DNA of 64,000 bases from Chlamydiota bacterium (GCA_013286645.1 JABDFJ010000004.1:12-64011), one strand, 5' to 3'; numbered from the stretch's first letter, positions 1 through 9,932 are shown. The notes: a model not told the origin generated them from the sequence alone. A program made the numbers and translations.

Positions 1-231
1 CGAGGATAAATGAGCGATTTTCCCAAAAATCAACGTAAACAGCGCCATATTCAATAGTGGACGCACCACCGCCCAAGCGACACCAAACGAGGCTTGTTTA
101 TAGCGCACTAAAATGTCGCGCCACGCAAGAAAATAAAAGAGCTCGCGGTAACGGATGAGATCTTTGAAATACTCTTTAGGTTCGCGATTGGCTTCGATGA
201 TGCGATCAAAGCTAGGGGATACTTCTGACAT
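1..231 (-). CDS. ABC-2 type polysaccharide/O-antigen export permease (Wzm/TagG/KpsM-like), N-terminal 77 codons only; the gene runs off the window start
   Basis: Own translation of the minus strand from ATG at 231: MSEVSPSFDRIIEANREPKEYFKDLIRYRELFYFLAWRDILVRYKQASFGVAWAVVRPLLNMALFTLIFGKI. This is the typical N-terminus of ABC-2 exporter permeases. It is not in the ORF track because it has no stop inside the window. Confidence 0.6.
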   Translation of the reverse strand, partial: MSEVSPSFDRIIEANREPKEYFKDLIRYRELFYFLAWRDILVRYKQASFGVAWAVVRPLLNMALFTLIFGKIAHLSS

Positions 232-270
232 TGTTCTCTTAATACTTTGGAAAATGCTAATCGTTCGTCT

Positions 271-389
271 TAGAGGCCGAGCAAATTGGGGTCTGGCCTG
301 TGATTTGTGATTTGACCGTTTTCATAATATTGCCAAAATCATGTCAAATCGCAAATCGCAGGCCTGACCCCAATTTTTTTCTCGCCTCT
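271..389. repeat. Family-E palindromic element, copy 1 (aattggggtcaggcctg + [t/c]gatttg modules)
   Basis: Inverted arms agaggccgag-caaattggggtctggcctgtgatttgtgatttgac and gtcaaatcgcaaatcgcaggcctgaccccaattttttt-ctcgcctct. Related copies at 20768..20878 and 52351..52452. Confidence 0.8.
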
Positions 390-1450
390 TATGAAGGCAC
401 CAGCTCAGCTAATAGTGAATTTTTTTTTAGGCCTTCGTCTTGCACAATTTCGATCCACTCTTGGTTGTTCAAGTACCACGCCACAGTTTCTTTTAAGCCC
501 TGGTGGAACGAATGATCAGGAGCCCAACCTATTTCTTTCTTGATTTTTGTGCAGTCAATCGCATAGCGGAAATCATGGCCAGGGCGATCTGTAACATAGC
601 TAATCAAAGCTTCCAATTCGCGCTTGTCTTTGCCTTGAAGGTCAGCAATCACCCGGATGATCTCATGGATCAAATCAATATTTTTCCATTCAGACTCACC
701 ACCAACATTGTAGGTTTCCCCTTTCCGCCCTTTCAATAACAACATCCAAATGGCTTTGGCATGGTCATTCACATACAACCAATCACGCACGTTTTGTCCT
801 GTTCCATATACTGGAAGCTTCTTTCCATTAAGGCAGTTGAAGATCATCAACGGGATCAGCTTCTCAGGAAATTGGTAAGGGCCATAGTTATTACTGCAAT
901 TTGAGATGCATACCGATAGGTTGTACGTATGACCATAAGCTTTTACCAAATGATCTGATGCAGCTTTAGAAGCCGAATAAGGCGAATTCGGACGATACGG
1001 GGTCTCTTCCGTAAAAAAGCCCGTAGCCCCCAAACAACCATAGACTTCATCCGTAGAGATATGGTGGAAATGGATGTGTGGATACTTCTTCAAAACCTCT
1101 AAAAGATGAAACGTGCCCAACACATTAGATTCAATGAAAGCTTGCGGACCAGAAATGCTGCGATCGACATGGCTTTCGGCGGCAAAATGGACAATAGTAT
1201 CGATTCCATGTTCCGCGCATAAGCGCTCTACTAACGCTTGATCGCGAATATCCCCTTTGTGAAATTGATAACGGGGATCTTGATCGATTTCGGCTAAATT
1301 CGCCAGATTGCCAGCATAGGTCAAAACGTCCAAATTGTGGCACTTGCCATTAAAAGAAGGTACCTGCGTTAACACATAGCGGATAAAGGCTGAACCAATG
1401 AAGCCCGCGCCTCCTGTCACAAGAATATTTTTTACTTTACGTGACTGCAT
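389..1450 (-). CDS. rfbB: dTDP-glucose 4,6-dehydratase
   Basis: 353-aa ORF with Rossmann motif GGAGFIGS and SDR catalytic [10 protein letters not shown] (YxxxK). It resembles RmlB/RfbB along its full length. Its start overlaps the rfbA stop by 19 nt. Confidence 0.9.
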   Translation of the reverse strand: MQSRKVKNILVTGGAGFIGSAFIRYVLTQVPSFNGKCHNLDVLTYAGNLANLAEIDQDPRYQFHKGDIRDQALVERLCAEHGIDTIVHFAAESHVDRSISGPQAFIESNVLGTFHLLEVLKKYPHIHFHHISTDEVYGCLGATGFFTEETPYRPNSPYSASKAASDHLVKAYGHTYNLSVCISNCSNNYGPYQFPEKLIPLMIFNCLNGKKLPVYGTGQNVRDWLYVNDHAKAIWMLLLKGRKGETYNVGGESEWKNIDLIHEIIRVIADLQGKDKRELEALISYVTDRPGHDFRYAIDCTKIKKEIGWAPDHSFHQGLKETVAWYLNNQEWIEIVQDEGLKKNSLLAELVPS

Positions 1451-2352
1451 GACAATTCTTTATTAAGATGATTTGAAATATGTTCATTATTATTGGCTAA
1501 ATAATGCAGATGCTCCCCATAGCTGTTCTTGCCAAGCATCTCTGCTAATTTCTTAAGCTGGACACGATCAATAAATCCTTTGTGATACGCAATCTCTTCC
1601 AAGCAACCCACAAAGTTCCCTTGCCGCTCCTCTATCGTTTGCACAAATTGTCCCGCCTGCATCAAACTTTCATACGTGCCAGCATCAAGCCAAGCAAAGC
1701 CTTTTCCAAGCACATTAACTGTTGCTTTCCCTTGTTCTAAATACACCCTATTGACATCCGTAATTTCAAGCTCGCCACGGGGCGATGGCTTCAAATGCTT
1801 CGCAATTTCAACCACATGGTTATCATAAAAATAGAGCCCCGTCACGGCAATATTGGACTTCGGCTGTTTTGGCTTTTCTTCAATAGATAAGGCGCGCCCA
1901 TGGGCATCAATTTCAACCACACCATAACGTTCAGCCGACTTCACTTCATATCCAAAAAGGGTAGCGCCCGCTTTTTGCTGACAAGCTTTGCTTAAAAATG
2001 GATCTAAATTTTCCCCATAGAAAATGTTATCCCCCAAAATAAGGCATACCGAGCTATCACCGATGAATTTCTCACCGATAATAAAAGCCTCTGCTAACCC
2101 GTTGGGTTTGGATTGCGTGGCATAAGTAAATCGCACACCCCATTGAGAACCATCTCTAAGCAAACGCTGAAAAAGTTGCTGCTCTTCAGGGGTGGTGATG
2201 ATCAATATCTCTCGTATCCCCGCTTGCATCAAAACAGAAAGAGGATAGTAAATCATGGGTTTATTATAGACGGGTAACAATTGCTTTGATACGCCCAATG
2301 TCAATGGATGAAGTCGCGTCCCACTTCCTCCCGCCAACACAATCCCTTTCAT
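1432..2352 (-). CDS. rfbA: Glucose-1-phosphate thymidylyltransferase
   Basis: [39 protein letters not shown] is the RmlA signature. I moved the start to the internal ATG at 2352, which is preceded by GAGGAG, instead of the ORF-track start at 2397. Confidence 0.9.
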   Translation of the reverse strand: MKGIVLAGGSGTRLHPLTLGVSKQLLPVYNKPMIYYPLSVLMQAGIREILIITTPEEQQLFQRLLRDGSQWGVRFTYATQSKPNGLAEAFIIGEKFIGDSSVCLILGDNIFYGENLDPFLSKACQQKAGATLFGYEVKSAERYGVVEIDAHGRALSIEEKPKQPKSNIAVTGLYFYDNHVVEIAKHLKPSPRGELEITDVNRVYLEQGKATVNVLGKGFAWLDAGTYESLMQAGQFVQTIEERQGNFVGCLEEIAYHKGFIDRVQLKKLAEMLGKNSYGEHLHYLANNNEHISNHLNKELSCSHVK

Positions 2353-2667
2353 GAACAATTCTCCTCGAAAATTCCTTAGCCGTTGGAAGAGAATCATACG
2401 GATTATGAGATATGAGTCAATAGCACATTACCCCCTGAAATTGATTTCAAAGCAATAATATGACAAACCAAACAAAGTAAAGCGCTATTAGTCAAATACT
2501 TAAAGAAGAATACTCAACGTCATCGAAACAGCAATTTCTGCTAATGAATTGTGTGAATAAATTCTCGCTGTTCTACATGTCTACTTTTTACCGGATGGGC
2601 AAAAATTGGCAACGGCCGCGATTTGAGGGTATTTTGTCAGATTTATTAAGCAAAGTCACACAAAAAT

Positions 2668-3273
2668 AACAGGATGGGCAGGATAGACGGGATGCTCCTC
2701 GCAGCCAGATCAACGATGGAAACGATAAAACGATATAACGATTGTTTTAATATTCAAAACGAAATTAGTTCTTCAGCCATGTCTACATCAATAATACATT
2801 CCTGGTTGCTTTGCAATTATAAAAATCCAGGTCTAAGTTCTTTCATTATTTCAAAACAACAGTTCAAAACGTACATGTTCAGGGCATATGCAGCCTGCCG
2901 CGGTAGCGGCCTGAGAGATTAGCCCCGGGTGGAGCGATTAGCGAAACCCGGGGTTCTTAAAGAAACGATATAGCCCCGGTAGGGGCGTAAGAAAGCGTTT
3001 AGGCAAAATCTCTATACCATGAGCTTTCTTACGCCCCTACCGGGGCTGGTATTTTTTTCCAATACCCCGGGTTCCGCTAATCGCTCCACCCGGGGCTAAT
3101 CTCTCAGGCCGCTACCGCGGCAGGCTGCATATGCCCTGAACAGGTACTTCAAAACACTTCCTGTCAATTCAAAGTTGGGGAGTTATTGTCTTGTTCTATC
3201 GTTATATCGTTACATCGTTTCCATCGCTGATCTTGCTGCGAGGTACGTCCCGTCCTGCTCATCTTGCTCATCC
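2668..3273. repeat. About 600-bp composite nested palindrome (family-F outer arms, family-G inner palindrome)
   Basis: Outer arms are 2668..2743 (aacaggatgggcagg...caacgatggaaacgat...cgatataacgatt) and an imperfect inverse at 3198..3273. Inner 77-bp arms at 2877..2953 and 3065..3141 are reverse complements with one mismatch. A further perfect 25-bp arm pair agccccggtaggggcgtaagaaagc lies inside these. Confidence 0.9.
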
Positions 3274-4395
3274 TTGAAATTCAAAGCTTTGCTTGAGAGC
3301 AAAATTATCCGTCGCGCGAATAAGCGCGTCCGTCATTTCGGGATGATAAGGTGTATGCGCACCATTTTCGACTAAATCAAAACTGACATTCCCCCCAACA
3401 CTTCTAATGCCATCTACAAGCTTTTCTGCAATCTTATAACAGCACAAATTATCTTTTTTACCTTGCACCACCTTGACAGGGATATCCTTAAGCGACTGCA
3501 TGCGGCTTTCATCCAAAAGGTTCACCATCTTTGGCACAGTGTCAAACATCTGCGTTTCCCAAACTCCAATCGAGCGCTCTTCAGGTGTCGTTTCTGTGAC
3601 ATCATCCGACAACAAGCGATGAAGGTTTTCTTGATTTCCAGGCTCATCGACATAATCTTCATACGTCTTCCAAATACGGGCTGCCACGAAATCATTTTTC
3701 TCTACCACCAGCTTGCGATATGCCTCATAAATGGTTTGTGGTTGGCACATATCGATATCAACGCCTTTGCTCTTAGCATATTCCTCAATGCGCTTTAAGA
3801 CAGCTGGCTCCCAATCTTTGCCGGCAAGTCTTTTAAGACGCTCTTCAGAAAATAGCATCTCATTCTCTTTGTGCGTCCCCAAATATATCCCTCTCACCAC
3901 AACGCCAGAGCAACTTGCTGGAAACTGTTGTGCATAATAGAGCGAAAGGGTTGATCCCCATGAGCCACCAAAAACCAACCATTTTTCAATGCCTAGATGC
4001 TTCTTTAATACTTCAATATCTTCTGCCAATGTTTGGATGGTGATATCTTTGAAAATGTTAGCGTCGGTAGCAAGATCCATAGCCGATGGCGTGCAATGAT
4101 AGGTGCCCCGTTGTTGAAAGACGATGATGCGGTATTTTTCAGGATCAAACCATTGACAGTCTTTAGGATTGAAAGCCACTCCTGGTCCTCCATGTACAAA
4201 GACTGCAGGGATGCCGTGAGGATTGCCCGATTCTTCCACATGGATGTGCCACCCTTTAGCTACTTCCACAGTCGAAATGATGGGTGCAGTAGGACGATGT
4301 TGTGTTCTCAACGCATCTACCGCACTCTTTTTTGTTTCAATTGGCAGAATATTCAACGGAAGTGAGGGATCAAGTTTTATTGCGTGAACGCCCAT
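3268..4395 (-). CDS. pip: Prolyl aminopeptidase / alpha-beta hydrolase (S33 family)
   Basis: HGGPG oxyanion motif, GGSWGSTL nucleophile elbow, and FQQRGTYHCTP resembling DQRGxGxS. Start moved to ATG 4395 behind GGAGG. Confidence 0.75.
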   Translation of the reverse strand: MGVHAIKLDPSLPLNILPIETKKSAVDALRTQHRPTAPIISTVEVAKGWHIHVEESGNPHGIPAVFVHGGPGVAFNPKDCQWFDPEKYRIIVFQQRGTYHCTPSAMDLATDANIFKDITIQTLAEDIEVLKKHLGIEKWLVFGGSWGSTLSLYYAQQFPASCSGVVVRGIYLGTHKENEMLFSEERLKRLAGKDWEPAVLKRIEEYAKSKGVDIDMCQPQTIYEAYRKLVVEKNDFVAARIWKTYEDYVDEPGNQENLHRLLSDDVTETTPEERSIGVWETQMFDTVPKMVNLLDESRMQSLKDIPVKVVQGKKDNLCCYKIAEKLVDGIRSVGGNVSFDLVENGAHTPYHPEMTDALIRATDNFALKQSFEFQG

Positions 4396-4461
4396 AGATT
4401 GCCTCCAAAAGATTAGAGGCAACATCCTACTTTGTTTATGAAATTCCTGGCAAGAGACTAA

Positions 4462-4720
4462 GAGGAACCAAAAGGACCTAAACGACCTAAAGGACTAAAC
4501 GACAGTGTCCTTTAGTCCTTTAGGTCGTTTTGGTCCTTTAGAGGTAATTGCATAATTCCCGTTTATCGCTTTTTGGCGCTTTCGCCAATCTTCGCCATTT
4601 TGCGCAAATCCCCTACTCTCAAGAGTATGTGGATTTGCGCAAAATGGCGAATCTTGCCAAAATCATCCAAAAATCGATTAAACGGGAATTATGCAATCAC
4701 CTCTTTAGGTCGTTTTTTTA
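4462..4720. repeat. Family-A MITE-like palindromic element, copy 1 (core 4541..4703) with ggacctaaa/cgac flank modules
   Basis: The core is gaggtaattgcataattcccgttta...gccattttgcgcaaatcccctactctcaagagtatgtggatttgcgcaaaatggc...taaacgggaattatgcaatcacctc. Near-identical cores occur at 13018..13181 (same orientation) and 20577..20739 (inverted). 5' fragments occur at about 25115 and about 45885. Confidence 0.85.
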
Positions 4721-5077
4721 ATGGGAACTATTGGGACAAAACGCCGCAAGTTTATCGCCCCACGCCTTCACATTGGCTTTAAACTCCTCCCTTTTATCAG
4801 GATGTTCATCCGCGATCGAGATGAATTCTTTATACACTTGATTAATGCTCTTAACGAGTCGCTGACTCACTTGTTCCGAATATACTGTCCTGTCAGCAAA
4901 CAGATCAACTAATCCATTTTTCTCGCCACCTGAATTTAAGTAACACAAGATACTAGCTTTAAAATGAGTTTTAGTTTGGCGCTTATCAGAGGATTTTACA
5001 TAGAATTCATTGAAAGGACCCACCCCTCCTGCACCACTTGGAGAAATTGGACCATAAACCCCACCCACAAAAGACAT
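4718..5077 (-). CDS. Hypothetical protein (119 aa)
   Basis: ORF with ATG at 5077 preceded by GAGAGG. I recognise no family. Confidence 0.4.
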   Translation of the reverse strand: MSFVGGVYGPISPSGAGGVGPFNEFYVKSSDKRQTKTHFKASILCYLNSGGEKNGLVDLFADRTVYSEQVSQRLVKSINQVYKEFISIADEHPDKREEFKANVKAWGDKLAAFCPNSSH

Positions 5078-5191
5078 AAAACCTCTCAATAGATATTAAC
5101 TATTTAGCGATTGCGTTTATAGAAAGAATGCAGGTATTCTGTGATGTCCACAGGCTTTCAAATAGTTCTTTCTAGTCCTTAAATCAGCTGT

Positions 5192-7336
5192 ATGATTCGC
5201 ATAACGCAACCTATACTTCTACTCCTGCTACTCACGTTTATCCCACTCCATGCGGATTCATTGAGCGAGCAAGAAAATCTCATGAACGACCTCCTCATCG
5301 TCGATTATTGGAACAAAAAGATCAACGACCGCCTTCCCGTCACATATAACAACCTCCTACAAGGCGGATATTTTGCCATGCCCTCCGCCCGCATGGGCGC
5401 CGATGGCGAAATCGGCGGCGGCTATGCCTATGTCCCTCCCTACCGCCTTTATAATATCCGCTGCCAAATCCTCGACCGCCTCGAGCTCTCTGGCAACTAC
5501 CGCGTCTTCCATGGCGTTAAAGACCCCGTCCTCTCCCAACATGGCTTCGGCGACTTCTCCGATAAAGGGGCTAACCTCAAATTTTCGCTTTTTAGTCCGG
5601 AGGATAGCGAATATCAGCTCCCAGGAGTAGCCCTTGGCTGTGAAGACTTCATCGGCACGCGCGCTTTCAATGCCCAATATTTAGTCTTTACCCAAGTATT
5701 CTTAAAGCAAAATCTCGAGATTAGCTTAGGCTATGGCATCAACCGCATTCGTGGTTTCTTTGGTGGCTGCAACTGGATGCCGTTTCGCAAAAGCTGCTGG
5801 CCGCTGCTCGACTCGCTAAGCTTAACCGCCGAATATGACGCCACCCCCTATCGCAGCAAAAGGATAGAACCCCACCCCAGAGGTCACACCAAAAATTCCC
5901 CCTTTAATTTTGGCATGAAATACCGCATTTGGGACTATTTCGATCTATCTTTGAGCTATATGCGTGGGCATACTCTCTCGTTTACAGCTTCGGCCTTCTA
6001 CAACCTCGGCCACACCAAAGGCTTCCTGCCTAAAATTGATGATCCTCTGCCCTACAAGGCCCCCATCAACGTGGAACCTATCGGTATCCGTCGCCCCGAA
6101 GATGCTCTATCCACAGAGCTCCTCTTTGCCTTCCAAGAGCATGGACTGACACTACTTGACATCTACCTCTCATACAACACCTGCAACCGAAAAGTCCTAC
6201 GTCTGAATGTACTCAATGAAACCTACCGCCTAGAAAACGACCTACGCATTCGCCTCAACCACTTTTTAAGCGCCCTGATTCCAAGAGATATCGACGAAGT
6301 CATCATCGTCATCAATTCCGAAGGCTTTCCGATCCAAGAATACCGCTATCAAATGGAATATGTGCGCATGTATGCCGCCAAGGAGATAGGGCCGCACGAA
6401 CTTAAAATCCTCACGCCCCTGCATGAGGTCAGCTGGCCTAATCCCTACACCTCGGCCCACCTCTTACAACGCAAACGCCATCTCTATAACTTTGAATTAG
6501 CCCCTCGCATCCCCGCTATCTTCGGCAGCGCCAGTGGAAAATTCAAATACGCCCTAGGACTCAATGCCGACTTCAATGGCTTTCTATGGAATGACATTTA
6601 TTTTAGCGTACTTTTGGGATACAATTTCATTTCCCATCTTGGCAAAGCGCAAGGGCACGACAGATTAAATCCCTCACAGATCATTCAAGTGCATTCCGAT
6701 GTCATTCGCTATTACCATCAAACGGGTTTGCAATTGGATAATGCCTATCTGCAAAAAAACTGGAATATGGGCTGTGGCTGGTATGGGAAAATTGCTGCCG
6801 GATATTTCGAAGAAGAATATGGCGGCATTGCCAGCCAGCTTCTCTATTATCCTGTCTCTTCTCCATGGGCCATCGGCTTTTCTTATGCCGTCCTCAAAAA
6901 GCGCTCCTATAAAGGATGGGGTTTCACCAGTAAAGTCCGTAAACTTGATGGCTTAAAGCTCACTCACCGCAAATTTCTGGGGACTCAAGGCTTTTTACAC
7001 CTCTATTACGATTGGGAAGCCGCGCGCATGGATTTCAAAATCAGTGCGGGTAAGTTTTTGGCCAACGATTGGGGAGTGCGCAATGAGATCTCGCGTTATT
7101 TTCCTAGCGGCCTGCGCTTGACCTTGTGGTATACGCTGACAAATGGACATGACAAAGTCAATGGGAAGACCTATTACGACAAGGGGATAGCGTTTTCTGT
7201 GCCCTTCGATATCCTCTACACCTATAGTGAGCGCACACGTTGGACCTATGGCATGTCAGCCTGGCTGCGCGACGTCGGCGTGCAGTCCATGACCGGCCTC
7301 GACCTCTACGAACTCATCAACGACCAACGTCAATGA
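5192..7336 (+). CDS. YjbH/GfcD-family outer-membrane exopolysaccharide protein
   Basis: 714 aa with a signal peptide. LLQGGYFAMPSARMGADGEI matches the YjbH GLLQTPTARM..EGE motif. DKGANLKFSLF....PGVALGCEDFIGTRAFNAQYLVFTQ matches the DKAFDLKLRL....[25 protein letters not shown] region of E. coli YjbH as I recall it. Confidence 0.65.
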   Translation: MIRITQPILLLLLLTFIPLHADSLSEQENLMNDLLIVDYWNKKINDRLPVTYNNLLQGGYFAMPSARMGADGEIGGGYAYVPPYRLYNIRCQILDRLELSGNYRVFHGVKDPVLSQHGFGDFSDKGANLKFSLFSPEDSEYQLPGVALGCEDFIGTRAFNAQYLVFTQVFLKQNLEISLGYGINRIRGFFGGCNWMPFRKSCWPLLDSLSLTAEYDATPYRSKRIEPHPRGHTKNSPFNFGMKYRIWDYFDLSLSYMRGHTLSFTASAFYNLGHTKGFLPKIDDPLPYKAPINVEPIGIRRPEDALSTELLFAFQEHGLTLLDIYLSYNTCNRKVLRLNVLNETYRLENDLRIRLNHFLSALIPRDIDEVIIVINSEGFPIQEYRYQMEYVRMYAAKEIGPHELKILTPLHEVSWPNPYTSAHLLQRKRHLYNFELAPRIPAIFGSASGKFKYALGLNADFNGFLWNDIYFSVLLGYNFISHLGKAQGHDRLNPSQIIQVHSDVIRYYHQTGLQLDNAYLQKNWNMGCGWYGKIAAGYFEEEYGGIASQLLYYPVSSPWAIGFSYAVLKKRSYKGWGFTSKVRKLDGLKLTHRKFLGTQGFLHLYYDWEAARMDFKISAGKFLANDWGVRNEISRYFPSGLRLTLWYTLTNGHDKVNGKTYYDKGIAFSVPFDILYTYSERTRWTYGMSAWLRDVGVQSMTGLDLYELINDQRQ

Positions 7337-7358
7337 ATGAGGCTTTAGCCTCATTTTG
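7336..7358 (+). terminator. Possible intrinsic terminator after the YjbH-like gene
   Basis: aatgagg-ctttag-cctcatt hairpin followed by ttgt, directly after the stop codon. Confidence 0.4.
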
Positions 7359-7969
7359 TAGCTTAGACTTTAGTCCAATGTCATTAAGTTAAGAGATAAG
7401 TGATTTAATATTAGGGGTTCTAAAGAGCTCCAACGGAGCAAACAGGTGTAAAGCCCACAGTGTAGCGCTGCCGGCGCAAACTGTGGGGATACGAAAACAA
7501 ATATAGAGCTCCAACGGAGCGGCCAGGTGTTCTTCCATGACATGACTACAGCACACCTGGTCGCTCCGTTGGAGCTCAGATCCCCTTTTTATGAGACCCA
7601 CAGTTTGCGCCGGCAGCGCTACACTGTGGGCTTTACACCTGTTTGCTCCGTTGGAGCTCTTTAAACTTCTTCATAGTAAGTTACTTACCTCTTAACTAAA
7701 CGACATTGGACTTTAGTCTGAGCTTTAGCCTGCCACGCGCCGCCTGCGGTAGCAAGGCGAGGCGCGCTCACGTGTGGCAAAGTGCTGTTATCACAAAATG
7801 CGCTAAGGCTAAGGTTAAGGCTAGAGTGCATGGGGCTAAGGCGGCGGTCACTAGGGTGCAACAGGTGTGAGGCCACGACACCAAGCGCGTCACGCATCGC
7901 TACCGCTCGCTGCGCGTGGCATGGCTAAAGCCATGCCAAAACGAGCTCAGACTAAAGTCTAAGCTACAA
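7358..7969. repeat. Whole-spacer nested palindromic composite: outer arms, family-B element (7425..7659) and family-I element (7718..7969)
   Basis: Outer arms are gtagcttagactttagtc (7358..) and gactaaagtctaagctac (..7967). Family B has perfect 63-bp inverted arms gagctccaacggagcaaacaggtgtaaagcccacagtgtagcgctgccggcgcaaactgtggg, with a second inner arm pair carrying one mismatch. Family I (gccacgcgc...gcatcgctaccgctcgctgcgcg...gccaaaacgagctcag) recurs at 16985..17263. Confidence 0.9.
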
Positions 7970-8006
7970 TGCTGGAACTCTGCGATCTTGCTGAAAGGGT
8001 GCCTAT

Positions 8007-9932
8007 CTATTCATTGCTAGGCTTGGGAAATTGATAGCGTTGGATAAAAATATTTCCCCGATTGTTGGTATCAATCGTCATGCCTTTATAGCCTAGCCTT
8101 ATGTTGGAATCATTACTTTCATTGGTCATCGAAAATACGATGAACAGCTGGTTCTTACTATTCACCGACATCCGCAACCCTTCTAAAGTTGTACTAGCAT
8201 ATTGACTAGTTTCAATGGCAATGTCGGCGGTTTTAATACCCATAACACGCGCGTCAAAAGAGTGCGGCGTCACACGCCTTTCTTCCACAAAATCCAAACC
8301 GATTCCCGTACTGCCACCGGTAGGGTCATCCACTTCTTTATAGATATCCAACCACACATCTGTCTGCAAAGGCTTGGTAAATATATCTTCGCCGGGACGC
8401 CCGGTCCAATTTCTAAAATCGTAATAGGCCACGACATAATGGCCATCATGCGTCATGAGGGCGTACTGTCCAAACGCTTGCTGTTTACCAAAAGGGATGT
8501 TGGTGGGAGTACGATTGATCTGCACGGAGCGCGACCAACTTACCCCCTGGTCGCTGGAAGCACTCACCAGTACATAGGGAAAAATCGATGCTATTACCTC
8601 ATCATCGGGAAATGCTGCTCGATTACCCGCCCCATAAGTCAAATAGATGCGCCCTGTAAAGGGACTCACAATAGGAGAGGTGCCTTGACCTGAAGTTCCA
8701 TTCAATACCTGAACCACTCTGGGTAAAATGGTCCCAGGATCGTGCGCTAGAGCAGCGAAAATATATTGCTCTGTGGTGCCAGCCACCTCCAGCCAGGTCT
8801 TTCCATTATCCAAGGATCTGACAACAGCTTGATCATAATTCGTGTCAAATGGGGTTCCTAAATAGCTTTTGGCTCCAATCTTAGGATACTGGCGTAAAAT
8901 GGGTAATAGAAGCACATTGTGGTCAACCACCAGTGGATGCGCCGAACTAAGACTAAGTCCTCCAAAGGCCAAATAAAAGGGGTTCGTAATCTGTGGATCA
9001 AAATGTTTGGCTTTCCATACCGGATCCCCTATCAAACTATAAACTTGTTTGGGTTTAGAAAAAGTGCTGCCCCCATTTTTAGAGCGAAAATAATAGAGAT
9101 TCCCAAGCAGATTATCTGTGCTAAAATTGTCGACAGTTGAAAATAGAGGAAACATCGAACTAGCATGAATGAGCTCATTATGGGCCGGATCGATCGTCGT
9201 ATGAAACTCTCTTGGCCCTTGGCCTAGAGGTACAAAAGGACCACTGGTGATCCACCAATTCACAGGAGAGGTTAAAACAATATTAGGCTCGGCCCAACTC
9301 TTCCCATTATCGTCTGAATAGGTAAACAGAAATCCGGTCTCAGGAACTGAATTACCGTGATTCAGCACCATATCGTCAAACCCGTGGCCTGAAGCAAACA
9401 GTCTCCCCTGCTTATTATATTGCATAAATAAACCTGGACCAAGGGAAGCATTGATAATTTGCGAAATGTGGCCGCCCAAGGGTATAATCTGTTCCACCGG
9501 GGGGCCATAACTCCAAGATTTGCCTCCATCTGCCGATAAGGCAATAGTATTCGTACCTATGGTAGTCAAAAAAGTGAACGAAGCATCATACACGATATTT
9601 TGCCCAATTTGAATGGACATAATATTATCGTCTAAAGGATTGAAGATCACAGGCGAACTGGCGGTATAGGTGTTTGTCTGCAATAGAATATCCGACAGAT
9701 AACCTGGAGTTCCTCCGGCGTACACAGGCTTCTGGTAATGGTTATCCATCACCGCCCGCAAATTTGCTAGGATGGGATCAGGGTTAGCCGGACCGGGCGT
9801 GGGACTGATCCTCTGGGCGCCGCCGATGGGAATGGCGACAGGGCACGTCCCAAAAATTGTGCCGCCGCTGATGATAAGCGCACTCAATAGTGTTAAAGCC
9901 CATTTCGCTGCATATTCATACCAACAAATCAT
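8007..9932 (-). CDS. BNR/Asp-box repeat protein (sialidase-like beta-propeller), exported
   Basis: Five Asp-box-like motifs: GGKSWSYG, DDNGKSWAEP, SKNGGSTFSKP, LDNGKTWLEV, SSDQGVSWSRS. There is an N-terminal hydrophobic signal or anchor. Confidence 0.7.
   Translation of the reverse strand: MICWYEYAAKWALTLLSALIISGGTIFGTCPVAIPIGGAQRISPTPGPANPDPILANLRAVMDNHYQKPVYAGGTPGYLSDILLQTNTYTASSPVIFNPLDDNIMSIQIGQNIVYDASFTFLTTIGTNTIALSADGGKSWSYGPPVEQIIPLGGHISQIINASLGPGLFMQYNKQGRLFASGHGFDDMVLNHGNSVPETGFLFTYSDDNGKSWAEPNIVLTSPVNWWITSGPFVPLGQGPREFHTTIDPAHNELIHASSMFPLFSTVDNFSTDNLLGNLYYFRSKNGGSTFSKPKQVYSLIGDPVWKAKHFDPQITNPFYLAFGGLSLSSAHPLVVDHNVLLLPILRQYPKIGAKSYLGTPFDTNYDQAVVRSLDNGKTWLEVAGTTEQYIFAALAHDPGTILPRVVQVLNGTSGQGTSPIVSPFTGRIYLTYGAGNRAAFPDDEVIASIFPYVLVSASSDQGVSWSRSVQINRTPTNIPFGKQQAFGQYALMTHDGHYVVAYYDFRNWTGRPGEDIFTKPLQTDVWLDIYKEVDDPTGGSTGIGLDFVEERRVTPHSFDARVMGIKTADIAIETSQYASTTLEGLRMSVNSKNQLFIVFSMTNESNDSNIRLGYKGMTIDTNNRGNIFIQRYQFPKPSNE

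Noticed and set aside
3268-4395. The alpha/beta hydrolase as the missing kynurenine formamidase
   Set aside because: Its motifs (HGGPG, GGSWGS, the S33 layout) fit prolyl aminopeptidase. It lies 48 kb from the kynurenine operon.
4573-4782. A conserved ~62-72-aa ORF (…RKSPTLKSMWICAKWRILPKSSKNRL…) present in all three family-A cores (also 12975..13193 and 20519..20707)
   Set aside because: The amino-acid conservation only reflects near-identical DNA. The ORF starts at a TTG without a Shine-Dalgarno and spans a multi-tier palindrome. A comparable ORF is listed on the opposite strand in only one copy (20481..20732). It is most likely non-coding repeat sequence.
7389-7601. 70-95-aa ORFs (…MCCSHVMEEHLAAPLELYICFRIPTVCAGSATLWALHL…) inside the family-B elements (also 20131..20418)
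   Set aside because: They lie entirely within perfect inverted repeats and are duplicated only because the element is duplicated. They have no ribosome-binding site or recognisable fold.
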